This document shows positions 61,430 through 64,000 of a stretch of DNA of 64,000 nt, in pieces (the first letter of the stretch is position 1; each line of letters begins with the position of its first letter). Origin of the DNA: Leucoraja ocellata (lineage: Eukaryota); assembly GCA_036785375.1 (NCBI GenBank), contig JAWMAR010000201.1:992001-1056000 (forward strand). The letters are read 5' to 3'. The notes under the pieces were generated by a model. That model saw only the letters and a list, made by a program, of their open reading frames with translations, did not search any database and was not told where the DNA came from. A program made the position numbers and the translations under genes.

Positions 61430-62915
61430 CCTCTCCTCATCCTCCTCACCCCCCTCCTCGCCCCCACCTCCTCCTCGCCCCCACCTCCTCCTCGCCCCCA
61501 CCTCCTCCTCGCCCCCACCTCCTCCTCGCCCCCACCTCCTCCTCGCCCCCACCTCCTCCTCGCCCCCACCTCTTCCTCGCCCCCACCTCCTCCTCGCCCC
61601 CCCCTCCTCGCCCCCCCTCCTCGCCCCCCCTCCTCGCCCCCCCCTCCTCGCCCCCCCCTCCTCGCCCCCCCCTCCTCGCCCCCCCCTCCTCGCCCCCCCC
61701 TCCTCGCCCCCCCCTCCCCCCCTCCTCGCCCCCCCCTCCTCGCCCCCCCCTCCTCGCCCCCCCTCCTCGCCCCCCCTCCTCGCCCCCCCCTCCTCGCCCC
61801 CCCCTCCTCGCCCCCCCCTCCTCGCCCCCCCCTCCTCGCCCCCCCCTCCTCGCCCCCCCCTCCTCGCCCCCCCCCTCCTCGCCCCCCCTCCTCGCCCCCC
61901 CCCCCCTCCTCGCCCCCCCCCCCTCCTCGCCCCCCCCTCCTCGCCCCCCCCCTCCTCGCCCCCCCCTCCTCGCCCCCCCCTCCTCGCCCCCCCCCTCCTC
62001 GCCCCCCCCCTCCTCGCCCCCCCCCTCCTCGCCCCCCCCCTCCTCGCCCCCCCCTCCTCGCCCCCCCCCTCCTCGCCCCCCCCTCCTCGCCCCCCCCTCC
62101 TCGCCCCCCCCTCCTCGCCCCCCCCTCCTCGCCCCCCCCTCCTCGCCCCCCCCTCCTCGCCCCCCCCTCCTCGCCCCCCCCTCCTCGCCCCCCCCTCCTC
62201 GCCCCCCCCTCCTCGCCCCCCCCTCCTCGCCCCCCCTCCTCGCCCCCCCTCCTCGCCCCCCCCTCCTCGCCCCCCCCCCTCCTCGCCCCCCCCCTCCTCG
62301 CCCCCCCCCTCCTCGCCCCCCCCCTCCTCGCCCCCCCCTCCCCCCCCCTCCTCTCCCCCCCCCCTCCTCGCCCCCCCCTCCTCGCCCCCCCCTCCTCGCC
62401 CCCCCCTCCTCGCCCCCCCCTCCTCGCCCCCCCCCTCCTCGCCCCCCCCCTCCTCGCCCCCCCCCCTCCTCGCCCCCCCCCTCCTCGCCCCCCCCCTCCT
62501 CGCCCCCCCCTCCTCGCCCCCCCCTCCTCGCCCCCCCCCTCCTCGCCCCCCCCTCCTCGCCCCCCCCCTCCTCGCCCCCCCCTCCTCGCCCCCCCCCTCC
62601 TCGCCCCCCCCCTCCTCGCCCCCCCCCTCCTCGCCCCCCCTCCTCCTCGCCCCCCTCCTCTCGCCCCCCTCCTCCTCGCCCCCCTCCTCCTCGCCCCCCT
62701 CCTCCTCGCCCCCCCTCCTCCTCGCCCCCCTCCTCCTCGCCCCCCCTCCTCCTCGCCCCCCCCTCCTCCTCGCCCCCCTCCTCCTCGCCCCCCCCTCCTC
62801 CCCCCCCCCCTCCTCCCCCCCCCCCGCCTCCTCACCCCCCCTCCTCCTCATCACCCCCTCCTCCTCACCCCCCCCCCCCTCACTCCTCGCCCTCTTCCTA
62901 CTCTCCCCCCTCCTC
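61430..62915. repeat. (CCTCCTCGCCCCC)n minisatellite, ~1.5 kb
   Basis: Direct inspection; explains the four 480-550 aa Pro- or Gly-rich ORFs. Confidence 0.95.
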
Positions 62916-63034
62916 CGACATGGATATGTTGGGCCAAAGGGTCTGCTTCTGTGCTCTATTAGTCAATGACTCTTAAATGAATCATAACTTGCATAGTTAA
63001 AACTAATATTGTGAATTACTTTGCTCCAATGAAG

Positions 63035-63131
63035 ACGTTCAACAGAAGCACAAGGAAGAATTGTGCAAACAAACTGAAAAACTGAGAATAAACGTGCTTT
63101 GGTCAAAAGACGGGGTGAAGTTTTTCCAGCT
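63035..63131 (+). CDS. Start of the putative large NACHT exon, truncated by a gap
   Basis: AG acceptor, phase 1; VQQKHKEELCKQTEKLRINVLWSKDGVKFFQL. Confidence 0.7.
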
Positions 63132-63331
63132 NNNNNNNNNNNNNNNNNNNNNNNNNNNNNNNNNNNNNNNNNNNNNNNNNNNNNNNNNNNNNNNNNNNNN
63201 NNNNNNNNNNNNNNNNNNNNNNNNNNNNNNNNNNNNNNNNNNNNNNNNNNNNNNNNNNNNNNNNNNNNNNNNNNNNNNNNNNNNNNNNNNNNNNNNNNNN
63301 NNNNNNNNNNNNNNNNNNNNNNNNNNNNNNN
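63132..63331. other. Assembly gap
   Basis: Run of N. Confidence 1.
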
Positions 63332-63500
63332 TCCTAATTAAGCCCTTCGTCCTCCTCTGCTGGTCTCTGAATTTCTCCCAGTCCTCCGGTATGCTGCTTT
63401 TTCTGGCTAATTTGTATGCATCATCCTTCGCTTTGATACTATCCCTGATTTCCCTTGTTATCCACGGATGTACTACCTTCCCTGATTTATTCTTGCCAAA
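63332..63500 (-). mobile_element. CR1 ORF2 internal fragment
   Basis: HPWITREIRDSIKAKDDAYKLARKSSIPEDWEKFRDQQRRTKGLIR. Confidence 0.8.
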
Positions 63501-64000
63501 CATCCAGTAACATCCAGTAACTGAGGATGTTACTACTTTGGAATCACAGCTTTGCAAAGTAATTCAACCCTTGGGATAACTTGCTGCTAATGTGTTATCC
63601 GAGTTTACTTTTCCAATCCATTCATCATTTATTTATTCAGCTGATATGACATTGGCCCCTCATCAGACAATTGATGCCAGGCCAGCATTCTGCTGGTGTG
63701 CAGTGTTTTATTCTTGTCTGAAGTGGTCAGTCTTTGGGTAAAGCATGGCAGCTAACTTGTAAATTTGGTAAAGTGGCCCGTGCTTGGGTAGAAAATGCCA
63801 AAAGAACTCACCAAATACTGTCCAATCAGTTCAATAGAAATGAGGTAAAAGACTACATACATGCACACACCAGCAGTTTGTGGCATTGAAAACTTGTGAT
63901 GAGTCTGAATGGAGTTTTATAGGATACTGAAACTGAAGTTAGCCCTTAAAATATACTTCTTCTTCCTCTTGCTGTGTATGGCGTGCACAGACTAAAGTTG

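Larger units (their letters stand above)
51634..63131 (+). pseudogene. NLR-like (NACHT/LRR) gene, 5' part; disrupted in this assembly
   Basis: Exons 51634-51691 (candidate ATG exon, uncertain), 57618-57784, 59220-59382, 59471-59536 and 63035-gap; phases consistent. Peptides LFKLTQFYR(D)RLEQAIEEEV, SSKLLVTLVMEKGSEPRRVMWES, EIPIHLK-DVQQKHKEELCKQTEKLRIN match my recollection of the pre-NACHT region of chondrichthyan NLRP3/12-like proteins. The NACHT domain itself is not visible. Confidence 0.65.

Noticed and set aside
61305-62969. 480-550 aa Pro-rich and Gly/Arg-rich ORFs
   Set aside because: Stop-free minisatellite, open in several frames on both strands.

Overview
Eukaryotic (vertebrate) genomic DNA, most likely a cartilaginous fish (skate/ray), inferred from the repeat landscape (CR1, Rex1/Babar, Penelope, V-SINE) and the gene families. 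It contains four N-gaps. The ORF track is largely misleading because the real genes are spliced. Reading splice sites by hand gives: (1) two tandem, intact 2-exon GPR139/GPR142-like class A GPCR paralogs on the minus strand, sharing a positionally conserved promoter module; (2) a complete 12-exon, 449-aa minus-strand gene for an EHD/sarcalumenin-type dynamin-superfamily P-loop NTPase with no EH domain and two C-terminal transmembrane segments; (3) divergently oriented, the 5' exons of a chondrichthyan-type NLR-like (NACHT) gene, with a compensating -1/+1 frameshift pair and a putative NACHT exon that runs into an assembly gap; (4) a decayed CxxH-type DDE transposase; and many LINE/SINE/MITE fragments, including 25-31 bp palindromic elements with perfect 8-bp TSDs and two long hairpins. 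Family assignments are from motif recognition, not database searches.
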